This document shows positions 17,826 through 26,812 of a DNA stretch of 40,566 bases, piece by piece. Each line of letters begins with the position of its first letter. Positions within the stretch are counted from its first letter, which is position 1. The notes under the pieces are model-generated. The model was not told where the DNA came from. It searched no databases and saw nothing but the letters and a program-made list of their open reading frames with translations. The position numbers and the translations under genes are program-made. The stretch is from Armatimonadia bacterium (lineage in GTDB: Bacteria > Armatimonadota > Zipacnadia > UBA1398), in contig WJIW01000117.1 of the NCBI GenBank assembly GCA_014730065.1, positions 1 through 40,566 of the forward strand, read 5' to 3'.

Positions 17826-19010
17826 TCACCCAAAGCTGAGGCCCAGGCGGCTGATCCGCGCTATGGCCTCGGCGATGCGAGCCTCCACGTCATCGGCCCT
17901 AAGGGTCAGCGAGAACCTGATGAATCCCTCGCCGTACTCGCCGTAGGACGAGCCGGGAATGGTGATGACGTGAGCCTCGGAGAGGATCCTCGCCGACGCG
18001 TCGGCCGAGGTCATCCCCTTGGGGCTCGGAGCCCATACGAAGAAGGTGCCCTGGGGCGGGTCCACCGGCCATCCGATGGACCGAAGCCCCTCGACTAGAG
18101 TATCCCGCCGCGACTGGTAGACGTCGCGCACCATGCGGGCGTGGTCCCCTCCGCGAGCGAGGGTGACGGCGCCCGCCTGCTGCAGGGCGGGGAAGACGTT
18201 GGAGTCCACGTACGACTTCATGCGCGACACGCCGGCCACGCCGTCCCTGGATCCGCAGACCCAGCCGAGTCGCCAGCCGGTCATGCAGTAGGTCTTGGAG
18301 AAGGAGTGGAACTCGATCGCCCGCTCCATCCCTCCATCGACCGCCAGGATCGAGGGCGGGGCCTCGTGGCCGTAGTACAGCTCCGAGTACGCCGCATCGT
18401 TGCAGATGAGGATGTCGTGCTTCTCGGCGAACTCGATGGCCCGCTTGAAGAACTCCTCGGTGGCCACGGCTCCCGTGGGGTTGTGGGGGTAGTTCAGGTA
18501 CAGGAGCTTGGCTCGACCGGCGATGTCCTCGGGTATGGCGTCCAGATCGGGCAGGTAGCCCGCCTCGGGGAGCAGAGGCATGGCGTAGGCCTCACCGCCG
18601 GCGAACTGGGTGTTGAAGGTGTACACGCCATAGCCGGGGGTGGGCACCAAGCTGACGTCGCCCGTGTCGATGTACGCCCAGGCCGCCTTGGCCAGGGCCT
18701 CCTTGGAGCCGATGGTGACCTTGACCTCACCCTTGGGGTCGAGATCGACGCCGAACCGCTCCCCGAACCAGGTAGAGACCGATTCCAGGAATGCGGGCAG
18801 GCCGTACGAGCTCTCATCATAGTTGTTCATCGGTCCAACTTCGATGGCGCTCGCCAGGGCTTGCTTGGCGCACTCCGGTGGCGGCAGGTCGGGGTCACCG
18901 ATGCCGAAGTCGATCAGATCCCAGCCTTCCGCCAGGGCCCGGTCTTTGAGCCGGGCTATCTCGGCGAAGGGGTAGGGTGGTATGGCCTGTAGGCGCTGGG
19001 CTTGCTCCAA
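17826..19010 (-). CDS. dapL: LL-diaminopimelate aminotransferase (class I/II PLP aminotransferase)
   Basis: IPPYPFAEI, GIGDPDLP, IGSKEAL, LNYPHNPTG, DAAYSEL, EFHSFSKTYCMTGWRLG. Adjacent to dapF. TTG start with GAGGAGGAG SD. Confidence 0.8.
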   Translation of the reverse strand: MEQAQRLQAIPPYPFAEIARLKDRALAEGWDLIDFGIGDPDLPPPECAKQALASAIEVGPMNNYDESSYGLPAFLESVSTWFGERFGVDLDPKGEVKVTIGSKEALAKAAWAYIDTGDVSLVPTPGYGVYTFNTQFAGGEAYAMPLLPEAGYLPDLDAIPEDIAGRAKLLYLNYPHNPTGAVATEEFFKRAIEFAEKHDILICNDAAYSELYYGHEAPPSILAVDGGMERAIEFHSFSKTYCMTGWRLGWVCGSRDGVAGVSRMKSYVDSNVFPALQQAGAVTLARGGDHARMVRDVYQSRRDTLVEGLRSIGWPVDPPQGTFFVWAPSPKGMTSADASARILSEAHVITIPGSSYGEYGEGFIRFSLTLRADDVEARIAEAIARISRLGLSFG

Positions 19011-19094
19011 AGGGGCTCCTCCTCAGTAGCCGGGTATGTCCGCCGACCCCTGGGGCCGGCGCTAGGTCGCGAGAAGTCGATCCATGGAATGGGG

Positions 19095-19964
19095 TTAGAG
19101 TCGAGGAAGCCGATCGAGCTCGATCTCGCCCACGAAGGCGGTTACCGCCGGTCCGCGCATCAGTACGTTCCCCTCGGGTTTCCAGTGGATCCGTAGGTCC
19201 CCTCCGGGCATGTGGACCACGGCCTGTCTTCCCGAGCGGCCGGAGACGGCGCCGGCGACCGTGGCTGCGCACGCACCCGTGCCGCACGCTAGGGTCAGTC
19301 CGGCTCCGCGCTCCCAAACGCGCAGGGAGAGCTCGTCATCGGCTATCACTTGGACCAGATGAACATTGGTTCTCTCCGGAAACTCCTCATGGTGCTCGAT
19401 CGCCGGACCGAGATGGGCGAGATCCATCGCGCTCGGGTCCTCGACGAATATAACACAATGGGGGTTGCCCATGGAAACGCAGGTTACCGGGAAGGCCTGA
19501 TCGCCCACCATCAGGGTCTCGTCGATCACGTGGGCGGCGGGGTCTTGGCCCGGTCCGACGCGCATGGGGATGGACGCGCGTCCCAGCAGGGGACGCCCCA
19601 TGTCCACCTCCACCTCGCCGGCATCGGGACGCTCGGAGGCCAGCAGCCGGGCCGTCGTCACTCCGCCCGGAGTGTCTATGGTAATCGCGTCGGCCGTGGT
19701 TCGTCCCGTATGCCTCAGGAACCGGGCGAAGCAGCGGAGTCCGTTGCCGCACATGCCGCGGGTGCCGTCGGGGTTGACCATGATCATCTCGAAGTCGGCG
19801 GCGTCGGAGGGCACAGCGATGAGGACCCCATCGGATCCGATGCCGAAGGTGCGGTCACACAGACCCGGCGCTGCCTCCTCCGCGTCCCTCGCCACCTCGG
19901 GGTCGTCCAGAGCATCCACCACGACGAAGTCATTGCCTAGTCCGTGTAACTTATGGAACGTCAA
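19095..19964 (-). CDS. dapF: Diaminopimelate epimerase
   Basis: FHKLHGLGNDF, GIGSDG, MCGNGLRC, SMGNPHCV, WERGAGLTLACGTGACA. Confidence 0.97.
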   Translation of the reverse strand: MTFHKLHGLGNDFVVVDALDDPEVARDAEEAAPGLCDRTFGIGSDGVLIAVPSDAADFEMIMVNPDGTRGMCGNGLRCFARFLRHTGRTTADAITIDTPGGVTTARLLASERPDAGEVEVDMGRPLLGRASIPMRVGPGQDPAAHVIDETLMVGDQAFPVTCVSMGNPHCVIFVEDPSAMDLAHLGPAIEHHEEFPERTNVHLVQVIADDELSLRVWERGAGLTLACGTGACAATVAGAVSGRSGRQAVVHMPGGDLRIHWKPEGNVLMRGPAVTAFVGEIELDRLPRL

Positions 19965-19991
19965 AGAGCGGCCAGCACCTTCCCGGCGGAA

Positions 19992-22211
19992 TCAGCGCGA
20001 TGCCTCATCCTCATTGGTCGGCGGGAGTTCGACGCGGGTAACCTCGCCTCCTCGTACCACAATCTCATCATCGTAACTGGCCCCCTGGGGGCTGAGGACG
20101 CTGACGGCGTAGCGCCCCGGCAGTACCTCGACGAGCTCACCCGAATCCAGGGTCGCCGCGGGCTCGGGCTCCGCGCCCTCGGTCAGCCGGTACAGCCCGA
20201 TACGCGCCTGGGTTCCCAATGCCAGGGAGACCGCTCCCGTGGCTCCGAACTGCACGACTCCGTCCTCGGCCTCGCGGATCTCCAGGTCGGTGACCAGAAG
20301 CCGGGGATAGGTCCACAGATCCAGCTCGTAGGAGCCCGGCAGAATGTCCTGACCCCGGCCCGTGACGCCGCTGGCCAGGGCATCGCCGGTCACCGCGTCG
20401 ATGACGTTGTACTTGACCCTGGCGGGGTCTCCAGCGTGATTCAGCAGCCCAACGAGGAGGCGGACCAGTCGGCCCAGGGAGTGGGTGGTCACCTGCCCGG
20501 ACGTCACGTCCAACTCCAGGCTCGCATCGGGCCAGCCTGCCAAGGAAACCTCGTACCGGCCCGGGGACACGAGCACCGTGTCGCCCGTCAGGCCCGCGAT
20601 CAGCTCGTCGGGATTGTGCACCGGGCGTGCCGTCCAGGCCCACTCGACGGGCTGGCCATCGGAGCTCAGCAGCTCCACACGAATGGCGCCCTGGGCGGGT
20701 ACGTCGATCCGACGCCCTTGCCCCGGCTCCAGGCGTACCTGCATCTCCGTGGGCGGCCGGGTGTCGAGTCGGAGATCCCATGATCCGGGCGGAGCGAGCA
20801 GCGCCCTATTCGTCTCGCCGGTCAGCGGGTCGCCGCCATCGCGGCTAAGGCTGAAGGCCACGGTGGCCTCGGCCTCCGGACCCTCCAGCGTCACGTGCAG
20901 GCGAACCCAGTCGGACAGATCCACCTCGGTAAGCTCTCCGGCCACAACGCCAACGCGATCACTTCGGTACTGGGGTCCGTCGGTGCTGACGACCCGGTAA
21001 GTGCCCGGCGGAAGTGGAACCCACTGCCCCATGCGAGCCCCGCCCACGCGCTGGCTCGATCCGTCGACCTGGATCTCGATGGGATATGCCTGGCCTTCGG
21101 GCTCGGGCGGAGCGACCCGCAGCGCGCCCATCTCGCCCAGCCTCTGTACTCCGCTGGCGTACATCTCCACGGCGCGCGTCAGGTTGGGCCGGGTGAAGAC
21201 TAAAGCCCGGTACAGCCCCTCGTCCAAGGCGATGGGGCGTCCCGCAAGGATCCAGCCACGGGGACCGGGCTCGCCCGGCTCATAGAAGATAATGGGGGTG
21301 GGCGGCAGGTCGATGGGCGAGTGGATCACCGGCGTGAGGGTGAGGGCGCCTCCGACGGGGGCCAGATAGCCCCCCGCATCGACCGCGATGTCGTCGTCCC
21401 AGAGCAGCTCGACGTTGCGCCACCCATCCGCCTCCTCGGGTGACTGGTAACTCAGTGCGACGGCTCTGCCAAGGCTGGATGCGATGTCCTCGGCGGCGGC
21501 TCCAGCCCCGGCTACATCGCCTAGGGACACGACCTGCCCGCCGCTGGCCCGGGCGGCCTCGACGACCGATGGCTCCCCGCCGACCGATGCCGAAAGAGAG
21601 TGGATCACGCCGCCGGCGAAGGGCGCCAGCACCGCGGGGGCGTTCCTGGCCACATGGGATACGGGGTCCTGGCCGGCGTGCAGCACGACCATGCAGCGGG
21701 GACCGGGGGCTTCGGCCAGGGCATCGATGGCCGCCACTATGCCGTCCCGCACCCGGCCCACGGGATCGGCGAAGAGCTCCGCGACCACGCTCCGGAGCCG
21801 GTCGCCCCCTCGGGCGAATCCGACGGTCCGGACCGTCTCTCCCGCTAGCACGATGCCGATCTGGGTCTCGGGTGGCAGGCTCGAGGCAAGAGAGGCCAGG
21901 GCCGCGGCGAAGACCGCGCGCTCCTTCTCAGCCTCGGGTCCGCACTCGATGACCACGACGAGCCAGAAGGGCTCGGTCTCGCGCACCTGGATGGGAACTG
22001 GCGGGGCGTCGCCCTCCACGGCACGAGCGGCCGGGAGCTGGCCATCCTCCAGCTCACCCGGATCCACGATCACCTCGACACACGGGGGCTGGGACGAGTA
22101 GGTGGACAGGACCTCGGGAGCGACGGTCTGCGCCGTCGCCGCCCCGACGAAACAGAGACACGCCCAGGCGCCCAGGGCTGCACGTAGGATGTTGGTCGGC
22201 ACCGTTCTCAA
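19992..22211 (-). CDS. Secreted protein with degenerate vWA-like domain and about six tandem beta-sandwich repeats
   Basis: Signal peptide (…FVGAATA|Q). vWA-like segments (LVVVIECG, RDGIVAAIDAL, CMVVLHAGQD, ARASGGQ). Recurring motifs EGLY, PGTY, PGSW, PGRY, PGSY, PGRY at ~70-80 aa spacing. GGGAGG SD and TACAAT -10 just upstream. Confidence 0.65.
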   Translation of the reverse strand: MRTVPTNILRAALGAWACLCFVGAATAQTVAPEVLSTYSSQPPCVEVIVDPGELEDGQLPAARAVEGDAPPVPIQVRETEPFWLVVVIECGPEAEKERAVFAAALASLASSLPPETQIGIVLAGETVRTVGFARGGDRLRSVVAELFADPVGRVRDGIVAAIDALAEAPGPRCMVVLHAGQDPVSHVARNAPAVLAPFAGGVIHSLSASVGGEPSVVEAARASGGQVVSLGDVAGAGAAAEDIASSLGRAVALSYQSPEEADGWRNVELLWDDDIAVDAGGYLAPVGGALTLTPVIHSPIDLPPTPIIFYEPGEPGPRGWILAGRPIALDEGLYRALVFTRPNLTRAVEMYASGVQRLGEMGALRVAPPEPEGQAYPIEIQVDGSSQRVGGARMGQWVPLPPGTYRVVSTDGPQYRSDRVGVVAGELTEVDLSDWVRLHVTLEGPEAEATVAFSLSRDGGDPLTGETNRALLAPPGSWDLRLDTRPPTEMQVRLEPGQGRRIDVPAQGAIRVELLSSDGQPVEWAWTARPVHNPDELIAGLTGDTVLVSPGRYEVSLAGWPDASLELDVTSGQVTTHSLGRLVRLLVGLLNHAGDPARVKYNVIDAVTGDALASGVTGRGQDILPGSYELDLWTYPRLLVTDLEIREAEDGVVQFGATGAVSLALGTQARIGLYRLTEGAEPEPAATLDSGELVEVLPGRYAVSVLSPQGASYDDEIVVRGGEVTRVELPPTNEDEASR

Positions 22212-22501
22212 CCGTCGTCTTCCTCCCTACCCGTATTGTAGGGGCGTCGCCCCCCGATGGGTAGGGTAGCGGCTCGGGAGGCCAATGGGAACGAGGATAG
22301 GCGAAGGAGCCGCCGGTGGCGAATGTCATCTCCCACCCAACCGCCGGGGGATGGCGAGGGGCTCGGTCCAGCCGGGTCGAGCCACCGCAACCCTCCGTTC
22401 GGACGCGAAACCTGGCCGTTGGGCCGCCGGCGGAGGAGAAGGGTACGCCCGGGGTGTAACCTGAGTACTCCGACCGGCCATTGGGAGGGGAGTGAGGTAC
22501 C

Positions 22502-23554
22502 CTGAAAGCAGTCGTTCTCGCCGCGGGCGAGGGAACGCGGATGCGGCCTCTGACGCTTACCCGGCCGAAGGTGCTGGTCCCCGCCGCGGGCTCGCCTCTC
22601 CTCGATCACGTCTTCCGCCGCCTGGCCGTCGCGGGCGTGGACAGCGCGCTCCTGGTGACCATGTACCTGCCCGAGCAGGTCGAGTCATGGGCCCGGGCGG
22701 CCGATCGCTATGGCATCGACATCGATCTGATCCACCAGCCCCGGGACCGCTACGGCACCGGGGCAGCCACACTCACGGCCAGGGATTGGGTCGACGGATC
22801 GGCCTTCCTCATGACCTTTGGCGACGTACTTGCCTCGGAGAGCCACTATCCAGCCCTCGTCGGGCTCCACAAGCGCCATCCCGATGCGACCATCCTCTCG
22901 GCCCATCGAGAGGAGATGGTGCGAGGAGGCCTGGTGCAGATCGATGGCGATGGCATTCTGGAGGCGATCATCGAGCGTCCGTCGGCTCCCGTGCCGTCGG
23001 GCCTGATCAACGCCGGCATCTTCCTGCTGCAGCCTGGCATCTTCGACGACCTCCAAGACTTGGCGCCCTCGCCTCGGGGCGAGTACGAGCTGACGGACGT
23101 GTTCCAGAAGATGGCCGAAGAGGGCCGGGCGCCCAAAGTGCTGGAGACCGACGACTACTGGGTGAACGTGAGCGGCGGCCCCGAGATCCTCGAGGTGCAG
23201 CGCCGGGTGCTCGATGAGTGGACTTCCGCGGCCGACGGCGACGGGGTCTTCATCGAGGAGGGTGCCGAAGTCTCCGGCGATGCTGAGCTGCGCGGGCCCC
23301 TGCGAATCTCGGCGGGGGCCAAGGTCGGGGCGGCTCATATCGGACCGTACGCTTCGGTCGGCGATGGGGCCCATGTGGACGATGGATCGGCGCTCGAAGA
23401 GTGTGGCGTCCTCCCCGGCGCCCACGTCGGCAGCGATTGCCGGCTGAGGTACGCCATTATCGGCGCGGGCGCGCGCATGGCCGACCGTGCGCGCCTCTGG
23501 GGCGAGGTGGACCGCACCTCGATCCTGGCCGACGGTGAGGAGCATGGTACCTGA
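22502..23554 (+). CDS. Sugar-1-phosphate nucleotidyltransferase (NTP_transferase + short left-handed beta-helix), apparent CTG start
   Basis: The signature (M)KAVVLAAGEGTRMRPLTLTRPK needs codons from CTG 22502, and an in-frame TGA sits at 22493-95. Also GTGAA, TFGDV, INAGIF, SPRGEYELTD. Confidence 0.88.
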   Translation: MKAVVLAAGEGTRMRPLTLTRPKVLVPAAGSPLLDHVFRRLAVAGVDSALLVTMYLPEQVESWARAADRYGIDIDLIHQPRDRYGTGAATLTARDWVDGSAFLMTFGDVLASESHYPALVGLHKRHPDATILSAHREEMVRGGLVQIDGDGILEAIIERPSAPVPSGLINAGIFLLQPGIFDDLQDLAPSPRGEYELTDVFQKMAEEGRAPKVLETDDYWVNVSGGPEILEVQRRVLDEWTSAADGDGVFIEEGAEVSGDAELRGPLRISAGAKVGAAHIGPYASVGDGAHVDDGSALEECGVLPGAHVGSDCRLRYAIIGAGARMADRARLWGEVDRTSILADGEEHGT

Positions 23555-24045
23555 TGTACCGTCGGCGTCCGTCTCGCCAGCAATCGGGGGGGCACGAGCC
23601 ACGGGATTGGGCGAAGATCGATCATGTCGTCCAGCGGCTGACGGCTGTGCTGGAGACACATGCGGCCCTTTCGGAGCGCATGCTGAGAGCGGCCGAGGCC
23701 GGAGATGCCGACAGCCTGGACAGCCTGATCGACGAGGCCGGACGTGAGCTTCAGCAGCTACCGCCTCTACAGATGGAGCTGGAGACCCACTGGCCGGGAG
23801 AGCCGGAGGAGCGGGAGCGCCATCTCGAGCAGGCTCCAGGTGATGTGCGAGACCGATGCCACCGCCTGACTGAGCTCACGCGCAGGGCGGAGGATCTGGA
23901 TGGGCGGGTGGCTGCGGCCCTGGAGGCCCAGATAGGCACACTGGAAGGTCAGCAGCGTGCGGTACGGCACGAGAAGAGGACGGGATCGAAGTTCCACCGT
24001 GGCATAGATGATAGGGGCGGCGGCCTCATCGACCGCACCCGGTAA
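23554..24045 (+). CDS. Helical hypothetical protein, FlgN/FliT-like flagellar export chaperone candidate
   Basis: TGATG overlap with the upstream gene. All-helical amphipathic pattern (AEAGDADSLDSLIDE...), C-terminal GGGLIDRTR reminiscent of FlgN/FliT tails, motility context. Confidence 0.5.
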   Translation: MYRRRPSRQQSGGHEPRDWAKIDHVVQRLTAVLETHAALSERMLRAAEAGDADSLDSLIDEAGRELQQLPPLQMELETHWPGEPEERERHLEQAPGDVRDRCHRLTELTRRAEDLDGRVAAALEAQIGTLEGQQRAVRHEKRTGSKFHRGIDDRGGGLIDRTR

Positions 24046-24150
24046 GAGGCGGCGTACGTAGCCACCGGCTAGGGCTTGATCGAGCGTGAAGGGAACGACG
24101 CGACCTCGGTAGCGAGGTCCGGATTCCACACACGGAAGGGGTGGACGGCG

Positions 24151-24753
24151 ATGCAGTTCAACGAGATCCAGCTGGATGCCTTACGCGAGATCGGCAACAT
24201 CGGGGCCGGCAACGCCGCCACGGCCTTATCCGAGCTGATCCAGACGAAGGTGGACATCACCGTCCCCGAGGTGCGGGTGATCGAGACCACCAAGATCCCG
24301 GACATGGTGGGAGGGCCGGAGCGGGAGGTGGTAGCGTGCCTCTTCGGTCTGTCGGGTGGGCTCGAGGGAGCGGCGATGTACGTGTTCCCATTGGAGGAGG
24401 CGAAGTACCTCTCCGACCGCATGCTCCAGCAGCCCGAAGGCACGACCACGGAGATGGGCGAGATGGAGCAGTCGGTGATCGGCGAGGTGGGCAACATCCT
24501 GACAGGCTCCTACATGACCGCCATGCAGGGCTTCACAGGCATCGCGTCCAACCTCAGCCCCCCGGCGGTCACGGTATCGCAGGCCATGGTGATCTTCAGC
24601 GAGGCATCGGTGATCGCCAGCACCTTCGCTGACTGGACCATCTGGGTCGAGACGGACTTCATCGTGGAGGAAGGTCACCTCAAGGCTTACCTGTTCCTAT
24701 TGGCCAGCCCCGAGGCCATGGAGCAGGTGCTCACCTCCCTTGGGGTTGGTTGA
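24151..24753 (+). CDS. cheC: Chemotaxis phosphatase CheC
   Basis: Two CheC motifs: DALREIGNIGAGNAATALS and SVIGEVGNILTGSY. Start ATG 24151 follows GGAAGGGG. Confidence 0.93.
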   Translation: MQFNEIQLDALREIGNIGAGNAATALSELIQTKVDITVPEVRVIETTKIPDMVGGPEREVVACLFGLSGGLEGAAMYVFPLEEAKYLSDRMLQQPEGTTTEMGEMEQSVIGEVGNILTGSYMTAMQGFTGIASNLSPPAVTVSQAMVIFSEASVIASTFADWTIWVETDFIVEEGHLKAYLFLLASPEAMEQVLTSLGVG

Positions 24754-25250
24754 CGATGGGCTCAACGGTCGCGGTGGGGATGTCCGAGGTCAAGGTATCG
24801 GCACGAGCGGGGGACACCTTGGTTGCCTTGGGACTAGGATCCTGTATAGGGGTGTGTCTCTACGACCGTAGAGCGAAGGTTGCGGCTATGGTTCACGTGA
24901 TGCTGCCGGAGAGCAATGGCCGGGGCCAGAGTCCGGGCAAATTCGCCGACACGGGAGTGCCGCTGCTGGTGGAGACGATCGAGAAGGCGGGCGGCAGCAA
25001 GAAGGACTGCCTCTGCGCTATCGGGGGCGGCGCGGAGGTCTTCTCGTTCAGCTCATCGACGCCGGGCTTGGCCATCGGGAAGCGCAATGGCGAGGCGGTG
25101 AAGGCAGCGCTCAAGACTGCCGGGCTGAGGATCATGGCCGAGGACCTGGGTGGCAACGTGGGACGCACCGTATCCCTGGACGTGGCGACGGGCGTCGTCA
25201 AAGTTCGTCCGGTAGGCGGACAAGAGCGTGAACTTGCCAAATTGGGCTAA
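24750..25250 (+). CDS. cheD: Chemoreceptor glutamine deamidase CheD
   Basis: LGLGSCIGVCLYD, HVMLP, GKFADTG, GGAEVF, IGKRN, EDLGGNVGRT. Start is TTG 24750 or ATG 24756. Confidence 0.94.
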   Translation: MTMGSTVAVGMSEVKVSARAGDTLVALGLGSCIGVCLYDRRAKVAAMVHVMLPESNGRGQSPGKFADTGVPLLVETIEKAGGSKKDCLCAIGGGAEVFSFSSSTPGLAIGKRNGEAVKAALKTAGLRIMAEDLGGNVGRTVSLDVATGVVKVRPVGGQERELAKLG

Positions 25251-25341
25251 TGTTCCGGCGAATCGTTGGCATAACCAGACCAGTAGCATCATATTCCCCA
25301 GGGCGCGCAGAGCGATGCGCCCGAAGGGACGGCGATAAGAC

Positions 25342-25830
25342 ATGTCCGCACCCAAACTGAAGAACTGCTCCCGATGCCGAAACGCCTTCATGGCGGTGCC
25401 CGGTCAGCGCATCTGCCCCAACTGCGTGCGGCAGGAGGAGGAGGTCTTCCTGGAGGTCAAGGAGTTCCTTCGGGACAACCCCGGCTCGTCCATGAAGGAG
25501 GTGGCCGATGCCACGGGGGCTGCCGCCGATGTGGTGATGGGATTCCTCCGCTCGGGCCGTCTGGATGCCAAGCTCGCGCCCAAGGACGCTGGGCTGAGCT
25601 GCGCATCGTGCGGGACCAGCATCTCCTCGGGCCGGCTCTGCGCCAAGTGTGAGGAGAAGACCACCAGCCAGCTCGGCGGTGGCGGGGCCCCCCGCAAGGA
25701 GCCGAAGGAGGAGCCTTCCCGCGGCCCGGGCTACCGGAAGACCAGTACCGACAGCACGCGCAAGACGGCGGGATCGGGTACGACCGAGGTCCGCAGCGGG
25801 TTCGTGGATTACAAGCGCGGGAGGTCCTAG
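25342..25830 (+). CDS. Flagellar operon zinc-finger protein, YvyF/TIGR03826-like
   Basis: NCSRCR...ICPNC...EEEVFLEVKEFLRDNP...EVADATG...FLRSGRL...CASCGTSISSGRLCAKC: four CxxC pairs flanking an HTH-like core. Confidence 0.8.
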   Translation: MSAPKLKNCSRCRNAFMAVPGQRICPNCVRQEEEVFLEVKEFLRDNPGSSMKEVADATGAAADVVMGFLRSGRLDAKLAPKDAGLSCASCGTSISSGRLCAKCEEKTTSQLGGGGAPRKEPKEEPSRGPGYRKTSTDSTRKTAGSGTTEVRSGFVDYKRGRS

Positions 25831-25892
25831 TGGTGCTCCCGGTCGAACCAGACGAAGACGCCAGACACCGCGCAGTCCGAGGATGATGCACT

Positions 25893-26753
25893 GTGGCTGA
25901 GATGCTCACGGCCGAGGAAGTCGCGGCACGAGTAAGAGACTTGCCAGCCCTCCCGACCGTGGTCACGGAGGTGCTCCGGGTTACCCGGGATCCCGACAGC
26001 TCGGTGTTCGACCTTACCGAGGTGCTGGCCCGAGACCAGGCCCTGACCGCCAAGGTCTTGAGGCTGGCCAACTCGGCCCTGTTCGGCTTCCCCCGGCGCA
26101 TCGCAACCTTGTCCGATGCCGTCGTGCTGCTGGGCTTCCACACGATCAAGAGCTTGGCCATCGCCGGCTCGGCATTCAGCGTGATGGATCGGGCGGTAGA
26201 GGGGTACGGACTGGAGCGCGGGTGGATGTGGCAACACGGTATCGCCGCGGGGGCCGCTGCCAGGTTTCTGGCTAAGAAATGGCGACCCGCACTGGCCGAG
26301 GAGGCCTTTATCGGCGGACTCCTCCACGATCTGGGCAAGATCGTCCTGGACTCCTACGTGGGTGAGGCCTTCGACGAGATCATCAAGAAGGTGCGGAGGG
26401 AGAACAAGCCCTTCGCGAGCGCTGAACGCGACATCCTGGGCTTCGACCATGCGGCGGTGGGCGCGCTGGTCGCCGAGGCCTGGGCGCTTCCCGGCGACCT
26501 GGTCGCCGCGGTGAGATACCACCACTCGCCGTCGGAGGCGACGGAAGACACGGCACTGGTGGGCTTGGCGCACCTTGGGAACATCGTTGCCCTCTCGACG
26601 GGCTTTGGGGTTGGAGCCGACGGCTTGGCCGCACCCCTGGATGGCGATGTTCTGGCTCAGCTCGGCCTGGGGGTTGGACACGTGGAGGAGGCCATCGCCC
26701 AGATGCCCGACGCCCTGGCCGACTCCGAGCAGCTCCTCGAGCTGGAACGCTAG
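25893..26753 (+). CDS. HDOD domain protein
   Basis: LPALPTVV, DQALTAKVLRLANSA, AVVLLG, GLLHDLGK, DHAAVG..AEAWALP, YHHSP. Confidence 0.92.
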   Translation: MAEMLTAEEVAARVRDLPALPTVVTEVLRVTRDPDSSVFDLTEVLARDQALTAKVLRLANSALFGFPRRIATLSDAVVLLGFHTIKSLAIAGSAFSVMDRAVEGYGLERGWMWQHGIAAGAAARFLAKKWRPALAEEAFIGGLLHDLGKIVLDSYVGEAFDEIIKKVRRENKPFASAERDILGFDHAAVGALVAEAWALPGDLVAAVRYHHSPSEATEDTALVGLAHLGNIVALSTGFGVGADGLAAPLDGDVLAQLGLGVGHVEEAIAQMPDALADSEQLLELER

Positions 26754-26812
26754 CGCCGGGGGCCGCCTCGGGCGGCGAGCCCCACGACGAGATACCTGTT
26801 GAGGTAAACGCT

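Noticed and set aside
16680-18098. 472-aa plus-strand ORF
   Set aside because: Antisense to hflX/dapL, with the Ser/Arg-rich composition typical of a shadow frame.
22268-22430. c-di-GMP-I riboswitch or glmS ribozyme in the leader (GGACGCGAAACC; ACGAGG...GGCGAATG)
   Set aside because: The GGCAAAC/GNRA-tetraloop P2 and the AGCGCC/ATCGA cores are missing, so the resemblance is fragmentary. Kept only as an unassigned structured region.
25269-25338. Alternative sigma promoter upstream of the yvyF-like gene (GCATA-16-CATATT; GGCGATAA resembling a sigma28 -10)
   Set aside because: The sigma28-like -10 lacks a TAAA -35 and sits 3 nt from the ATG. The other motif is too short to support without a genome-wide model.
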